A stretch of DNA of 64,000 bases from an uncultured delta proteobacterium (GTDB lineage Bacteria > Desulfobacterota > Syntrophia > Syntrophales > UBA2185). Made by a program: the position numbers and the translations under genes. This document shows positions 10,419-20,323 of the stretch, piece by piece (the stretch's first letter is position 1; each line of letters begins with the position of its first letter). A model generated the notes under the pieces. That model was not told the DNA's origin. It saw nothing but the letters and a program-made list of their open reading frames with translations, and did not search any database. The DNA lies in assembly GCA_963729715.1 (NCBI GenBank), contig CAVSPA010000006.1, positions 438,528-502,527 on the forward strand. The letters run 5' to 3'.

Positions 10419-11201
10419 CTATAGTATCTTGGCCTGCCTCAACTTATCGACAAGCAAATCGACGGCTTCTTTGCTGTCGCCCTGAATAAGTTCACCCTTG
10501 CCGCGCCGCTCCGGAGTAAATATGCGCTTTACGAGCGTAGGTGAGCCCTCCAGGCCTGCGGATTTAGGATCTATGGCAATGTCAGCGGCAGTCCACACAG
10601 GGATTTCCGTGCGGTATGCCTTAGCAGTACCTCTCACTGTGGGAATACGGGGATCCATGGCCAGTTTTATGATGGTAACCACAAGAGGCGGTTTGGCCTC
10701 TATAACGTCATATCCCTCATCCTGTTCGCGGTGTGCAATGAGCTTTTCGCCGTCAAATTCGAGCGTGCTTATATAAGTCAACTGGCCGATGCCAAGATGT
10801 TCTGCCATTTCCGGTCCAACCTGGGCCGTATCTCCGTCAATCGCCTGCTTGCCGCAAATGACCAAATCGACGTTTCCCATTTTGCGCACTGCCTGAGATA
10901 ATGTGTAGGATGTAGCGAGCGTATCCGAGCCCGCAAATGCCCTATCGCTTAGAAGGACGGCTTCATCGGCGCCCATGGCGACACATTCCCGCAGTGCCGC
11001 CACTGCCTGCGGTGGCCCCATGCTGATCACTGTAACCTTTCCTCCGTGTTTATCCCTGAGCTGCAGCGCCATCTCGAGAGCATATTTGTCGAAGGGATTA
11101 ACAATGCTCGGCACTCCTTCCCTGACCAACGTGTTGGTGACAGGATCAATTTTGACTTCTGTGGTATCAGGTACCTGTTTGACACATACAACAATTTCCA
11201 T
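10419..11201 (-). CDS. etfB: ETF beta subunit (bifurcating-type motifs)
   Basis: CVKQVPD, NPFD, AFAGSDTLATS, CGKQAIDGDTAQVGP; GGAG RBS before ATG 11201. Confidence 0.95.
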   Translation of the reverse strand: MEIVVCVKQVPDTTEVKIDPVTNTLVREGVPSIVNPFDKYALEMALQLRDKHGGKVTVISMGPPQAVAALRECVAMGADEAVLLSDRAFAGSDTLATSYTLSQAVRKMGNVDLVICGKQAIDGDTAQVGPEMAEHLGIGQLTYISTLEFDGEKLIAHREQDEGYDVIEAKPPLVVTIIKLAMDPRIPTVRGTAKAYRTEIPVWTAADIAIDPKSAGLEGSPTLVKRIFTPERRGKGELIQGDSKEAVDLLVDKLRQAKIL

Positions 11202-11289
11202 AAAAATATTCACTCCTGGTTATGTTAAGAGTCATTTTGCATAGAGTATATGCAAATAACTTTTTTCTCTTCAATGCACCATTCAGCTA

Positions 11290-11407
11290 TTGAATTCGGT
11301 AGTGAGCGCATTCCCCGCAGCTTGCTGTGCGGTAAGCGAGCGAATACCGGACAATACTATTTCTTAAGTATCGAGGATTCTCCGCAGCGAGCAGCGGAGA
11401 GATTCAA
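11290..11407. mobile_element. Short non-autonomous palindromic element (IS200/IS605-end-like)
   Basis: TTGAA...TTCAA ends with two subterminal hairpins (CCGCAGCTTGCTGTGCGG; CTCCGCAGCGAGCAGCGGAG). Confidence 0.5.
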
Positions 11408-11719
11408 TACTGCACATCTTACATTACTTTCCGCGAGATTAATCGACATGGCAAAAAAGAACCGAGCGAATGGCTAAATTACCTAAGCGGCGGATCTCAG
11501 CTGGCACCGCAAAATAAAATCCCCGCAAGGAGAAAGATATCTTGCGGGATTGATATACGCATCATTTTGCGCAAGTTTTTTCAAAGAACAATCAAGGAAT
11601 GTTAACATTAAAGGGGGCATGGGGGCTTCCGATATTCACCGAAACCCGCCTATATCTTACATACGGTCTGCCATGCCCCCCATGTGGATAGTTTATAATC
11701 TTTAACTTTTGACCTATCC

Positions 11720-13051
11720 TTACGCTGCCTTCTTGGTAATGATAGGTTTAGAATCCGTTGTGAAGTACATCGCCACGGCACCTACTACGAGCGATGCCGC
11801 GCAGAACATAAAGGTGGCCTGGTATGCTTCCACTGGAAATTTACCGTTAACCTTTCCGTAGTGGTCAAGTACAACACCCATCAATGACTGATATAAAGCT
11901 CCTCCTACGAAGTACCATATATTCAGCATCCCGTTGGACGTCGCCATGAAGCTGGTCGGCTGACCGTCAGCTATATGTGCATAATTGGGCACATATGCGC
12001 CACAGAAGAAGCCCATGACAAATAACAAGGGATAAAACCACACAAGGGGAATCGATCCCGTAAAGAAAGCTATCGGTATCCAGGTCGCAACGTAGATAAG
12101 CATACCGTAGAAAGACGTGTTCCTGCGCGACTTCAGAACACGGTCGGAGCACCAACCGGCCGCAAAGCATCCGAGAGCCATCCCTATTGGCCAGAACATG
12201 AGCATGTTGGCCGCCTGCTGCTTGGGCATACCGTATATCTGCTGCGCGTATGGAATGAACCAGAGTCCCTGAAATCCCATGACCGTACCGTAGATCACAA
12301 AGGCGTAAAGTGATATCAACCAGTAGTTTTTCATCTTTAGCAGTTTTACAAAATTCTTTTTGAACGTGGTCTTCTGGGCGGCAGTCTGTACCGGGTAGTA
12401 GTCGATGCCGTCGATCTCTGAAACTGTTGGGTAACCCATATCGCTCGGTTTATTTCGGACGATCAGGTAGTCAACGATAGATATGAGGATCATGAAAGCG
12501 CCCAGCCATAAGAATGAATTCCGCCATCCGACGATACCCACCAGAAACGCAAGCGGTGCGGACGCGAGTATCGCGCCGACATTGCCCAGGGTGAGCATCA
12601 CACCCGTAAGTGTCGCTAATTCATTCGGCCGGAACCAGTTGTACAGGATCTTCATACAAGGCATCCAAACAACCGCGACGCCGACACCCATTAAAAAGCG
12701 GCCGAAGATACACCAGCCGAACGTCTGGGCCAAACCAAACAATGCAGTACCGATTGCCGCTATGACGAAAAACATGCTAACCGAAAGCCTGGGGCCTATT
12801 TTATCGGATAGGACTCCCGACGGGAACTGCATTGCTGCATAAGGATAAAAGTACATCGATGACAAAATACCAAGGGTCGTCGCTGTGAGACCGAATTCCT
12901 TCATCAGTTCCGGCGCAACAACCGCCGGTGAAACACGGTCGAAATATACAAAAATATACGTTAACAAGAACATTCCATAAGTAATCCAGCGATACGTAAT
13001 CATCTTCTTGGCTTTCACGGGATCAACTCCTGCGGCTACATTTGCACTCAT
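11720..13051 (-). CDS. MFS transporter (organic anion/OPA-like)
   Basis: About 12 TM helices, YFDRVS, GVLSDKIGPR motif A. Confidence 0.9.
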   Translation of the reverse strand: MSANVAAGVDPVKAKKMITYRWITYGMFLLTYIFVYFDRVSPAVVAPELMKEFGLTATTLGILSSMYFYPYAAMQFPSGVLSDKIGPRLSVSMFFVIAAIGTALFGLAQTFGWCIFGRFLMGVGVAVVWMPCMKILYNWFRPNELATLTGVMLTLGNVGAILASAPLAFLVGIVGWRNSFLWLGAFMILISIVDYLIVRNKPSDMGYPTVSEIDGIDYYPVQTAAQKTTFKKNFVKLLKMKNYWLISLYAFVIYGTVMGFQGLWFIPYAQQIYGMPKQQAANMLMFWPIGMALGCFAAGWCSDRVLKSRRNTSFYGMLIYVATWIPIAFFTGSIPLVWFYPLLFVMGFFCGAYVPNYAHIADGQPTSFMATSNGMLNIWYFVGGALYQSLMGVVLDHYGKVNGKFPVEAYQATFMFCAASLVVGAVAMYFTTDSKPIITKKAA

Positions 13052-13343
13052 ATAACCCTCCTCCTTAATTTTTTTTATATGCGTCTTTGGTGCAATTAAT
13101 CTTTATCTCGGGTTTTAACTGACAAAAAAAATTAGAACCCCGCCAGCCCTCTTTGAAAAGATCATTTCTTTAGACGGTTTTCCCCCCGGGTAAATACCAC
13201 AAGTGCCCTTAAATATCGATATCTTTCTCTTTACTTTTAAATTCCGCATGGGCTGCGATTGTCGGGAAATCGTCCTTAGAGATATCCGCTTATTTTAGAG
13301 CTGGCTGCCCCGCCGGGCGGGCGGGGCAATCCGATCCAGCTAA

Positions 13344-14813
13344 TTATTTCTTTTTCTTTTCCGGCTCTGGAATTTCTTCAATGATGCCTGCAATTTTTCT
13401 TGCGTATTCGGCAAACTGGTCAACGGGGGTCAAGGATCTGACAACCAGCTTTGCGCCGTCAGGAGAACCGCCGCCGTGCATACATCCCGGTACGCCCGCG
13501 CCAAGCGTCAGCCACTCAGAAAGCCTTGCTGCGCGCGCCCTTGACTCAGCGCTGAACTTGGGGGAGGCTTTAAGAGCCGCCTGGACCATGGTCCCGATCT
13601 TCTGGTCATTAAAGTCCTTCGAAGATGGGAAGCAACCGGTTTCGACGATACCGCCGCCGATATCCTGGCAGATACGCTTTGTTTCATAGGGAAGGGTCGC
13701 CACATGCACTTTATTGGCATGGGCTGTCAGGGAATCTGAAACCCACATGCCGCCCGGACCTTTCTTCCCGAGGGCCATCGAACCGATTCCCATGCAGTAT
13801 GTAGTTTCATTATTAACCGCCATCTCCACCAGCTTGTTTGCAAACGTGCTTGCAGCCAATCCATTCGTCCTCGCCATAAGCGCCGCGGCGCCGATCATCA
13901 CGTCTCCCTGACCGGCCACACATGCGCCGATGCAGGACCGGTAGTTGGCTGTAAAGTATTCTATTATCTTTCCCGTGTATTTTGATTCCTTGCACATGAA
14001 CACCCTGTCATTGGGGACAAAACAGTCCTTGAAGAACAGAAAAGACTGGGTGATGCCGGAGTCCGGAATGTCGAATCCGCCTTCCATTTCTCTTGTGTCG
14101 CTCGGTCTCCGGGCTTCCACTATAGTGAGACCCTTTATGTCACGCGGTACTACGCAGCTCACTGCATAGTCTTGATCTTCTTCCCTGTAACCACTTCCGG
14201 GCAGGATAAATATCTCATTGGAAGCGGCAACACCACAGATCATCGCCTTCATGCCGCTGATTACGATGCCGTCTTCACGGACTTCCGTAATATGCACATT
14301 GCTGTCCGGGTTCGCCTGCTGTGACGGTCTCAGGCTTCTGTCGCCTTTTGCATCTGTAAGGGCACCCGATACGACGAGCCCGTTCTTCTGGGTATTGATA
14401 ATCCACTTCTTGAGACGCTCCTGGTACTTGGTTCCGAGCTCCTTGTCCATTTGCGATGTGATATTCCACATAACGTTCTGGGCATTCCAGCCTACGCACA
14501 CGCCCCCGCTGCAGCTTCCCGTAAGGCGGTACATCCATCTTTTAAACTTGGAATTGCCCATGATGTCTTCAAGGGTTTCCATCATGGAATTCCACCTGTG
14601 GATCTTTTCACCACTTAGGAAAGTGGATGTAGTAGTGAAATCCTCGGCCAATTTCGGGTCACGTGACGCATCGAATGCCCGTGCGTGGCTTTCTACTACT
14701 CTCTTTGTCGCCGGATGAGTCGTAACATCCTCGATCAGCTCACCGAATTTGTAGATGTTCGGTTTCATTACCTTTAATGATTTCTTGTATTCTTCTCTCG
14801 TCTTCAAAGCCAT
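13344..14813 (-). CDS. 4-hydroxybutyryl-CoA dehydratase (AbfD)/HpaB-fold flavoprotein with non-canonical active site
   Basis: GALTDAKGDRS, GDVMIGAAAL, DIGGG, MHGGGSP match AbfD; catalytic positions substituted (see findings). Confidence 0.85.
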   Translation of the reverse strand: MALKTREEYKKSLKVMKPNIYKFGELIEDVTTHPATKRVVESHARAFDASRDPKLAEDFTTTSTFLSGEKIHRWNSMMETLEDIMGNSKFKRWMYRLTGSCSGGVCVGWNAQNVMWNITSQMDKELGTKYQERLKKWIINTQKNGLVVSGALTDAKGDRSLRPSQQANPDSNVHITEVREDGIVISGMKAMICGVAASNEIFILPGSGYREEDQDYAVSCVVPRDIKGLTIVEARRPSDTREMEGGFDIPDSGITQSFLFFKDCFVPNDRVFMCKESKYTGKIIEYFTANYRSCIGACVAGQGDVMIGAAALMARTNGLAASTFANKLVEMAVNNETTYCMGIGSMALGKKGPGGMWVSDSLTAHANKVHVATLPYETKRICQDIGGGIVETGCFPSSKDFNDQKIGTMVQAALKASPKFSAESRARAARLSEWLTLGAGVPGCMHGGGSPDGAKLVVRSLTPVDQFAEYARKIAGIIEEIPEPEKKKK

Positions 14814-14856
14814 ATTTGTCCTCCTTAAATTATTTTCTTGATCTCAATTTTGATTG

Positions 14857-16431
14857 TTAAAGTTCCTTCTTCAATATCTCAGGTTTGATGCCCATCGGCC
14901 CTTCCTTAAAAAGGCGTGCATCCATCAATTTAACCTCAGGAGCGATGAGCGGCCTGTATTCCATCTGAGATAATACGTCCTTCTCCATATCCAAGCCGGG
15001 AGCAATTTCCGTCAGCATGACGCCTTCAGGCGTGAGTTTAAAGACAGCCCGTTCCGTCACATAAAGGACCGTCTGACCACTTGCCTTTCCGTATTCACCG
15101 CTGAACGTGATATGCTCCACCTTCTTGACTAACTTCTTTACCTTTCCTTCTTTTACGATCTTGAGCTTTCCGTCGCCAATGCCCAACTCGAGACCGCTTG
15201 CCGTCAGCGTTCCACAGAAGACAACCCTCTTTGTACTCTGGGTGATGTTAATAAATCCTCCTGCTCCGGCTATCCTGGGGCCGAACTTACTGACGTTCAC
15301 GTTTCCGAACTGATCCATTTCCGCCATTCCCAGGACCGCAAGGTCGAGCCCGCCGCCGTCATAAAAATCAAACATGAGGGGATGGTCAACCAGGGCTTCG
15401 GGATTTATTGCCGATCCGAAATAGAGCTTGCCTCCAGGGACGCCGCCAATCGCTCCCGGCTCAACTGTCATTGTCATCAATTCGATCAGATCCTCTTCGG
15501 CTGCGACGGCGCCGCAGCCTTCCGGCATGCCGATGCCCATGTTTACGACTGCATTCGGGATAAGTTCCATAACGCACCTTCGGCAGATAACTTTTCTTTC
15601 GCTCATCGGGAGAGGCGCTATGCGACTCAGAGGGACCCTTGTTTCACCGCAAAGGCTGGGATTGTATTGCTCGGCCATGGGAACCTGCCAGTGGTTCTCA
15701 GGCTTCGCAACTACAATTGCATCCACCCATACTTTGGGTATCTTGACCATCATCGGATGAATCGTACCCGCTTTTGTCACCCTTTCCACCTGCACGATGA
15801 CTTTGCCGCCAGAACCCTTGGCAGCAAGCGCCAATAAGGCAAACTCCAGGGATATGGCTTCTCTTTCAATGGATATATTGCCATTTTCATCTGCGGTAGT
15901 TCCGCGCACAATGGCAACATTGATGGGTATGGCCTTGTAGAAAAGGTATTCCTTGCCATCAATCTCCATTAAACGGACGTACTCTTCGTGGCTGATGCTG
16001 TTTAGTTTTCCACCGGTTTCTCTCGGATCCACAAATGTCCTCAGGCCGACGTGCGTAATGACGCCCGGCTTCTTGCCGGCGGTGGCTCGAAAGACGTGGA
16101 GAATGACGCCTTGGGGAATATTGTATGCCTCTATCTTATTGGCGACAGCCATCTTGATTAGATCAGGCTGCAAGCCCCAATGGCCTGATACGACCTTTCT
16201 CACCAGACCTTCTTTTGCCCAGCGATTCAGTCCCCAGTTTGATTTTCCGTCATTCTGGCTTGCGCCAAATGTAAGCGTTAAGTTGTTTGGTTGACCTGTT
16301 TCCAAAAAGCTCTTTTCTACTGCCTTTGAAAGTTCTTCCGGATGACCCATTCCGACGAATCCGGAAGTTGCCACAGTGTCTCCATTCTTGATCAGCTTAA
16401 TCGCCTCTTCTGCAGTCATAAATTTTGCCAC
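14857..16431 (-). CDS. Family I acyl-CoA:acetate CoA-transferase (Pct/YdiF-like, fused alpha-beta)
   Basis: VGLRTFVDPR, NMGIGMP, catalytic Glu in TVEPGAIGG, FDFYDGGGLD, GAGGFINI. Confidence 0.92.
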   Translation of the reverse strand: MAKFMTAEEAIKLIKNGDTVATSGFVGMGHPEELSKAVEKSFLETGQPNNLTLTFGASQNDGKSNWGLNRWAKEGLVRKVVSGHWGLQPDLIKMAVANKIEAYNIPQGVILHVFRATAGKKPGVITHVGLRTFVDPRETGGKLNSISHEEYVRLMEIDGKEYLFYKAIPINVAIVRGTTADENGNISIEREAISLEFALLALAAKGSGGKVIVQVERVTKAGTIHPMMVKIPKVWVDAIVVAKPENHWQVPMAEQYNPSLCGETRVPLSRIAPLPMSERKVICRRCVMELIPNAVVNMGIGMPEGCGAVAAEEDLIELMTMTVEPGAIGGVPGGKLYFGSAINPEALVDHPLMFDFYDGGGLDLAVLGMAEMDQFGNVNVSKFGPRIAGAGGFINITQSTKRVVFCGTLTASGLELGIGDGKLKIVKEGKVKKLVKKVEHITFSGEYGKASGQTVLYVTERAVFKLTPEGVMLTEIAPGLDMEKDVLSQMEYRPLIAPEVKLMDARLFKEGPMGIKPEILKKEL

Positions 16432-16503
16432 GGCCTCACCTCCAATGTTTTTAAATAGATTGGACTATATTGTTCGACTTCAACTACCCGTTGAGCTTAT
16501 ACC

Positions 16504-16518
16504 GCAATTTATATGCCA
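16504..16518 (-). promoter_or_regulatory. Sigma54 (-24/-12) promoter of the CoA-transferase operon
   Basis: Minus strand reads TGGCATATAAATTGC (GG-N10-GC), about 70 nt upstream of the start. Confidence 0.8.
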
Positions 16519-16863
16519 GCGGCCCTGATAAGGGGCTGACAGGGTATGTATCGTATCATCACCGACGTGATAAACGACATAAATTAGTAGACTACCATAG
16601 GCAGTTTCCACGAGATGCTATTCTCCGTATACCGTACAGAGCCATTCTCTGGTGGTATAGCATTCCTAGGCGCCACTTTAATGTCTATTCGCTTATGTCG
16701 CTTTTCCGGAAGAATTAAGAGACAGTATCCGTCATATCTTGTATAAAAACCACCAATAGAGCGGACTGACATTACAAGGTGGGAATCACATTGCTTTGCA
16801 GAATAGAGGATAATAGAGCAATGAGAACAAGGACTTGGTTATAAGGCAGGGGGAATATGTCCA

Positions 16864-16901
16864 TGATGCGCAATGGCATCAGCTGCTGCTTTACTGCATC
16901 A
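16864..16901. promoter_or_regulatory. Tandem palindromic candidate enhancer (UAS) sites
   Basis: TGATGC-N6-GCATCA (16864-16881) and TGCTGC-N6-GCATCA (16884-16901), 20 bp apart. Confidence 0.55.
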
Positions 16902-16966
16902 CTTGCTTGTGCTCTCATCAGGGCGCTGCCGGGGTATCCTAATGTATCAGAAGGAATTATTTCCAG

Positions 16967-17914
16967 TCATTTCTTTAATTCAGAGATGAGTTTCGGCATC
17001 ACATCGTAGAGATCGCCGATGATGCCGAAGTCTGCCGCCTTGAATATGGGGGCATTCTCATCCTTATTTATGGCGGCGATTATCTTGGCATTACGTATGC
17101 CGGTAACATGCTGAACCTGGCCGGAAACCCCGATGCCCAGATAGAGATCCGGTTTCACCTGCACGCCGGAAAGACCGATGCATAGTTCTTCCGGTAGCCA
17201 GTGGAGCTCTTCGGCAATGGGCCTCGTGCAGGCTATTGAACCGTCCACGACATCGGCCAATTGACGGGCAATGGCCAGGTCTTCCTCCTTCTCCATTCCT
17301 CTTCCTACGCAGACAACGACCCGCGCTTCGGAGATGTCTTTCGCCTCCTTTTGTTTCACCTTTCTCTCAATGACCTTAATTGTGGAAAATGATGGCGAAG
17401 GGAGTTCTCGGACGTTCCCTTGTCGTTCTGTCTCAGGCATCGCTGTCTCATAAGTCCTCGGTGGGATGGTGGCCATGGCGGGCCGGGCCGAGCAAATCAC
17501 CTTCTGCAGGGCTGCTCCTCCATATGCCAACCGTTCCATCAGCAACGTTTTGCTCCCTTCATCAAAATCTATCTCCGTACAACTGCTCACGAGACCTACA
17601 TTCAGTCGTGCCGCAAGCTGGGCTGCCATATTTTTTCCTCTCGGCGTGGCGGAAAGGAGGATCAGATCGGGGTCTCCCTTTTTTGCTTCTTTTAAGATAA
17701 CCGGGATGCAGCTTTCCGTGGGCTGTTCACTGCTAAGCGGGGGAAGAAGCATGACCTCATCCGCTCCATGGCTGACGCAGTCCTTCGCATGTTCGCGTTC
17801 CTGGTAAAGAAGCGCGGCTGCATGCGTTCCCATCTTATCGGCCAACTGTCGGCCAATATTCAAAAGCTCCATCGATTGCCTGCGGTTTTCCGAAATTATC
17901 CAGACTCCTGACAT
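16967..17914 (-). CDS. fixB: ETF alpha subunit, FixB-type
   Basis: CTRPIAEE, IGLSGVQVKP, GVSGQVQH. Confidence 0.88.
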   Translation of the reverse strand: MSGVWIISENRRQSMELLNIGRQLADKMGTHAAALLYQEREHAKDCVSHGADEVMLLPPLSSEQPTESCIPVILKEAKKGDPDLILLSATPRGKNMAAQLAARLNVGLVSSCTEIDFDEGSKTLLMERLAYGGAALQKVICSARPAMATIPPRTYETAMPETERQGNVRELPSPSFSTIKVIERKVKQKEAKDISEARVVVCVGRGMEKEEDLAIARQLADVVDGSIACTRPIAEELHWLPEELCIGLSGVQVKPDLYLGIGVSGQVQHVTGIRNAKIIAAINKDENAPIFKAADFGIIGDLYDVMPKLISELKK

Positions 17915-17924
17915 ATGATCTCCT

Positions 17925-18692
17925 TTAACCGATGACGCCTTTCTTGCGCAATGACCCCACGAACCGGGCTATCTCTGCGGCGTCTGTCCCAAACCTCTCG
18001 CAGCTCCTTTCCATCGCTGAAGCCGTGAGGCTGATGGTCCTAAGCAGGGGCTCACCTACGGGCGGCAGTTCATCCTTCGTAATCTTCACAGTCGGCTTCT
18101 TTCCCGCCATCAGGGTATCCTTAACACCGGGGATCCTCGGGACATTGATATCGGGGAGAACCGTCACCAGGGCAGGCAGCGGCGCCGTGATCACTTCAAT
18201 GCCCTCTTCGACGCGACGCTCCGCGACGAGCTGGTCCTTTCCAAGGGAGAGCTTCTGTACGAAGGAAATGCAGGGTATCTCGAGTCGTTCTGCCAGGCGG
18301 GGGCCGACCTGCTGGGCATAGAGGTCACTCGAACCCTCGCCGCAGAGGATGATGTCATACTGTCCTATTCTACTGCGGATAACCTCTGCCAGGATGAGGG
18401 CAGTCTGGGAGGAATCCAGATTACCGAAAGAACTGTCGACTATAAAATAGGCCTCGTCGGTCCGACGGGAGAGGGCATCCTTGACGCCTTTTGCGGCCTC
18501 GGGCATACCGACGGTGACGGCGATGGCCTTCCCTCCAAGGGCTTCCTTGAGCCGTACGGCTTCCTCGATGGCATTGCGGTCATACTCGCCGATCTTGTAA
18601 TCTACGGAGGAGAAGTCCAAATCACCGGATGGCCCGCGCCGGATGTAGGCCTCATCGATGACCCATTTGAAACAGGCAATAATAGAAAACAT
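17925..18692 (-). CDS. fixA: ETF beta subunit, FixA-type
   Basis: IGEYDRNAIE, CGEGSSDLYAQQVG (similar to enterobacterial FixA/YdiQ). Confidence 0.88.
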   Translation of the reverse strand: MFSIIACFKWVIDEAYIRRGPSGDLDFSSVDYKIGEYDRNAIEEAVRLKEALGGKAIAVTVGMPEAAKGVKDALSRRTDEAYFIVDSSFGNLDSSQTALILAEVIRSRIGQYDIILCGEGSSDLYAQQVGPRLAERLEIPCISFVQKLSLGKDQLVAERRVEEGIEVITAPLPALVTVLPDINVPRIPGVKDTLMAGKKPTVKITKDELPPVGEPLLRTISLTASAMERSCERFGTDAAEIARFVGSLRKKGVIG

Positions 18693-18742
18693 AAACTGAC
18701 ACCCTTATAATATTTTCAAGGCGGGCTTCATATTTCAGAGGC

Positions 18743-19882
18743 TCAGCGGAGCACGGTCCCGGAGATCACCATGCGCATTGCTTCACTTGTGCCCTCGTAT
18801 ATCTCCGTGATCTTGGCGTCGCGCATCAAACGCTCCACCTTGGCGCCCTTGCAGTAGCCGTATCCGCCATGTATCTGGACGGCCTTCACGGTGTGCCGCA
18901 TGGCTGCTTCCGATGCATAGAGTTTCGCCATCGCCGCTTCCTTACTGAATGGCAGCTTCTGGTCTTTGAGCCAGGCCGCATGATAGGCAAGGAATCGGGC
19001 GGCAGAGAGATCCGTAGCCATGTCCGCTATCATCCAGGCAATGGCTTGGTTGCGTGCTATGGGGGAACCGAATTGTATCCTCTCCTTGGAATACCGGATA
19101 GACTCGTCGAGGGCCGCCTGGAGGATGCCGATGCATTGGGCGGCGATTCCTATCCGGCCGCCGTCGAAGCCGGTCATTGCCATCGGAAGACCTGCCCCTT
19201 CCTTACCGAGAAGATTATTCTTAGGAACACGGCAGTCCTTGAAGATCAGCTCGGATGTCTGCGACGAACGGAGGCCCATCTTCTTGAAATGCTCGCCCAC
19301 CCTGAAACCGGGCGCTTCCCGGGGGACTATGAATGTGCTCATGCCTTTGCGCCCAGCCGCTTTGTCCGTCCACGCGAAGACCAGGTATGTGCCCGCAGTG
19401 GGGCCATTGGACGTGAAGGTTTTGGTTCCATTGATGACATAATCATTACCGTCTAAAACTGCGGCGGTAGTTACGGCCATCACGTCGGTGCCTGCACCGG
19501 GCTCGGTCAGGGCGAAAGCCCCTAAATGCCTGCCTTCGGCCATGGGTGTCAGGTAATTCTTCTTCTGCTCTTCCGTACCGAAGAGATGTATCATCGTGCA
19601 CACGATGCCGGCATGGGTTGATATGGTAAACCCCGTGGAGGCGCATGACCGGGAAAGTTCTTCCACGACAATGATGCTCGTCAAAAAGTCAGCCCCGGCT
19701 CCTCCGTACTCCTGCGGAACAGGTATGCCCATCCAGCCCCCAGCGGAGAGTTTTTCAAACAACTCGGCCGGGTGACGGCTGTTCTCATCGATTTCCGCGG
19801 CAATGGGTTCCACGTTCTTCACGCAGAATTCTCGCACATTCTTACGAATCAGTTCTTGTTCCTCAGTAAATTTGAAATCCAT
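18743..19882 (-). CDS. Acyl-CoA dehydrogenase (second paralogue)
   Basis: GAFALTEPGAGTD, RDAKITEIYEGTSE. Confidence 0.95.
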   Translation of the reverse strand: MDFKFTEEQELIRKNVREFCVKNVEPIAAEIDENSRHPAELFEKLSAGGWMGIPVPQEYGGAGADFLTSIIVVEELSRSCASTGFTISTHAGIVCTMIHLFGTEEQKKNYLTPMAEGRHLGAFALTEPGAGTDVMAVTTAAVLDGNDYVINGTKTFTSNGPTAGTYLVFAWTDKAAGRKGMSTFIVPREAPGFRVGEHFKKMGLRSSQTSELIFKDCRVPKNNLLGKEGAGLPMAMTGFDGGRIGIAAQCIGILQAALDESIRYSKERIQFGSPIARNQAIAWMIADMATDLSAARFLAYHAAWLKDQKLPFSKEAAMAKLYASEAAMRHTVKAVQIHGGYGYCKGAKVERLMRDAKITEIYEGTSEAMRMVISGTVLR

Positions 19883-20038
19883 AACATTCATCCCCTCGAT
19901 TTTATTGTCCGGACCATCACCTCGGCCAAGCGGCCCTTTAGCATTGACGTTACGGTAGAGTCTCTCAGCCGCAATGACGTGGAATTAAAAAAAATCAACT
20001 ATACAGTTGGTTTTGCCGTCAGGAAAAATATATCATGC

Positions 20039-20323
20039 CTAACCGAAACGGTACTGCACACCTGTTCCTCCGGGTGGATAATTCCAATCCAGAATTTCCG
20101 TGCCGCAAACGAGACGACAGGTGCCGCACTCGAGACAGCCGTCTATAGTGAGCACGACCTCGCCTTTTTCGTTCTCGCTGTAGAGGCCGGCAGGACATAC
20201 GCGGAGAGCCGGCTTCAGGCGCAGGTCTTTTTCCATGCCTTGTCTGATCCTGATGTGGGGTTCGCCGGCCGGCTTGAACACATCGAGCCCCAGTTTAGCC
20301 TTCAAGTCCAGCATCTCTCTCAT
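20039..20323 (-). CDS. fixX: FixX ferredoxin-like protein
   Basis: CPAGLY, GCLECGTCRLVC, WNYPPGGTGV; ATGA overlap with the fixC stop. Confidence 0.9.
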   Translation of the reverse strand: MREMLDLKAKLGLDVFKPAGEPHIRIRQGMEKDLRLKPALRVCPAGLYSENEKGEVVLTIDGCLECGTCRLVCGTEILDWNYPPGGTGVQYRFG

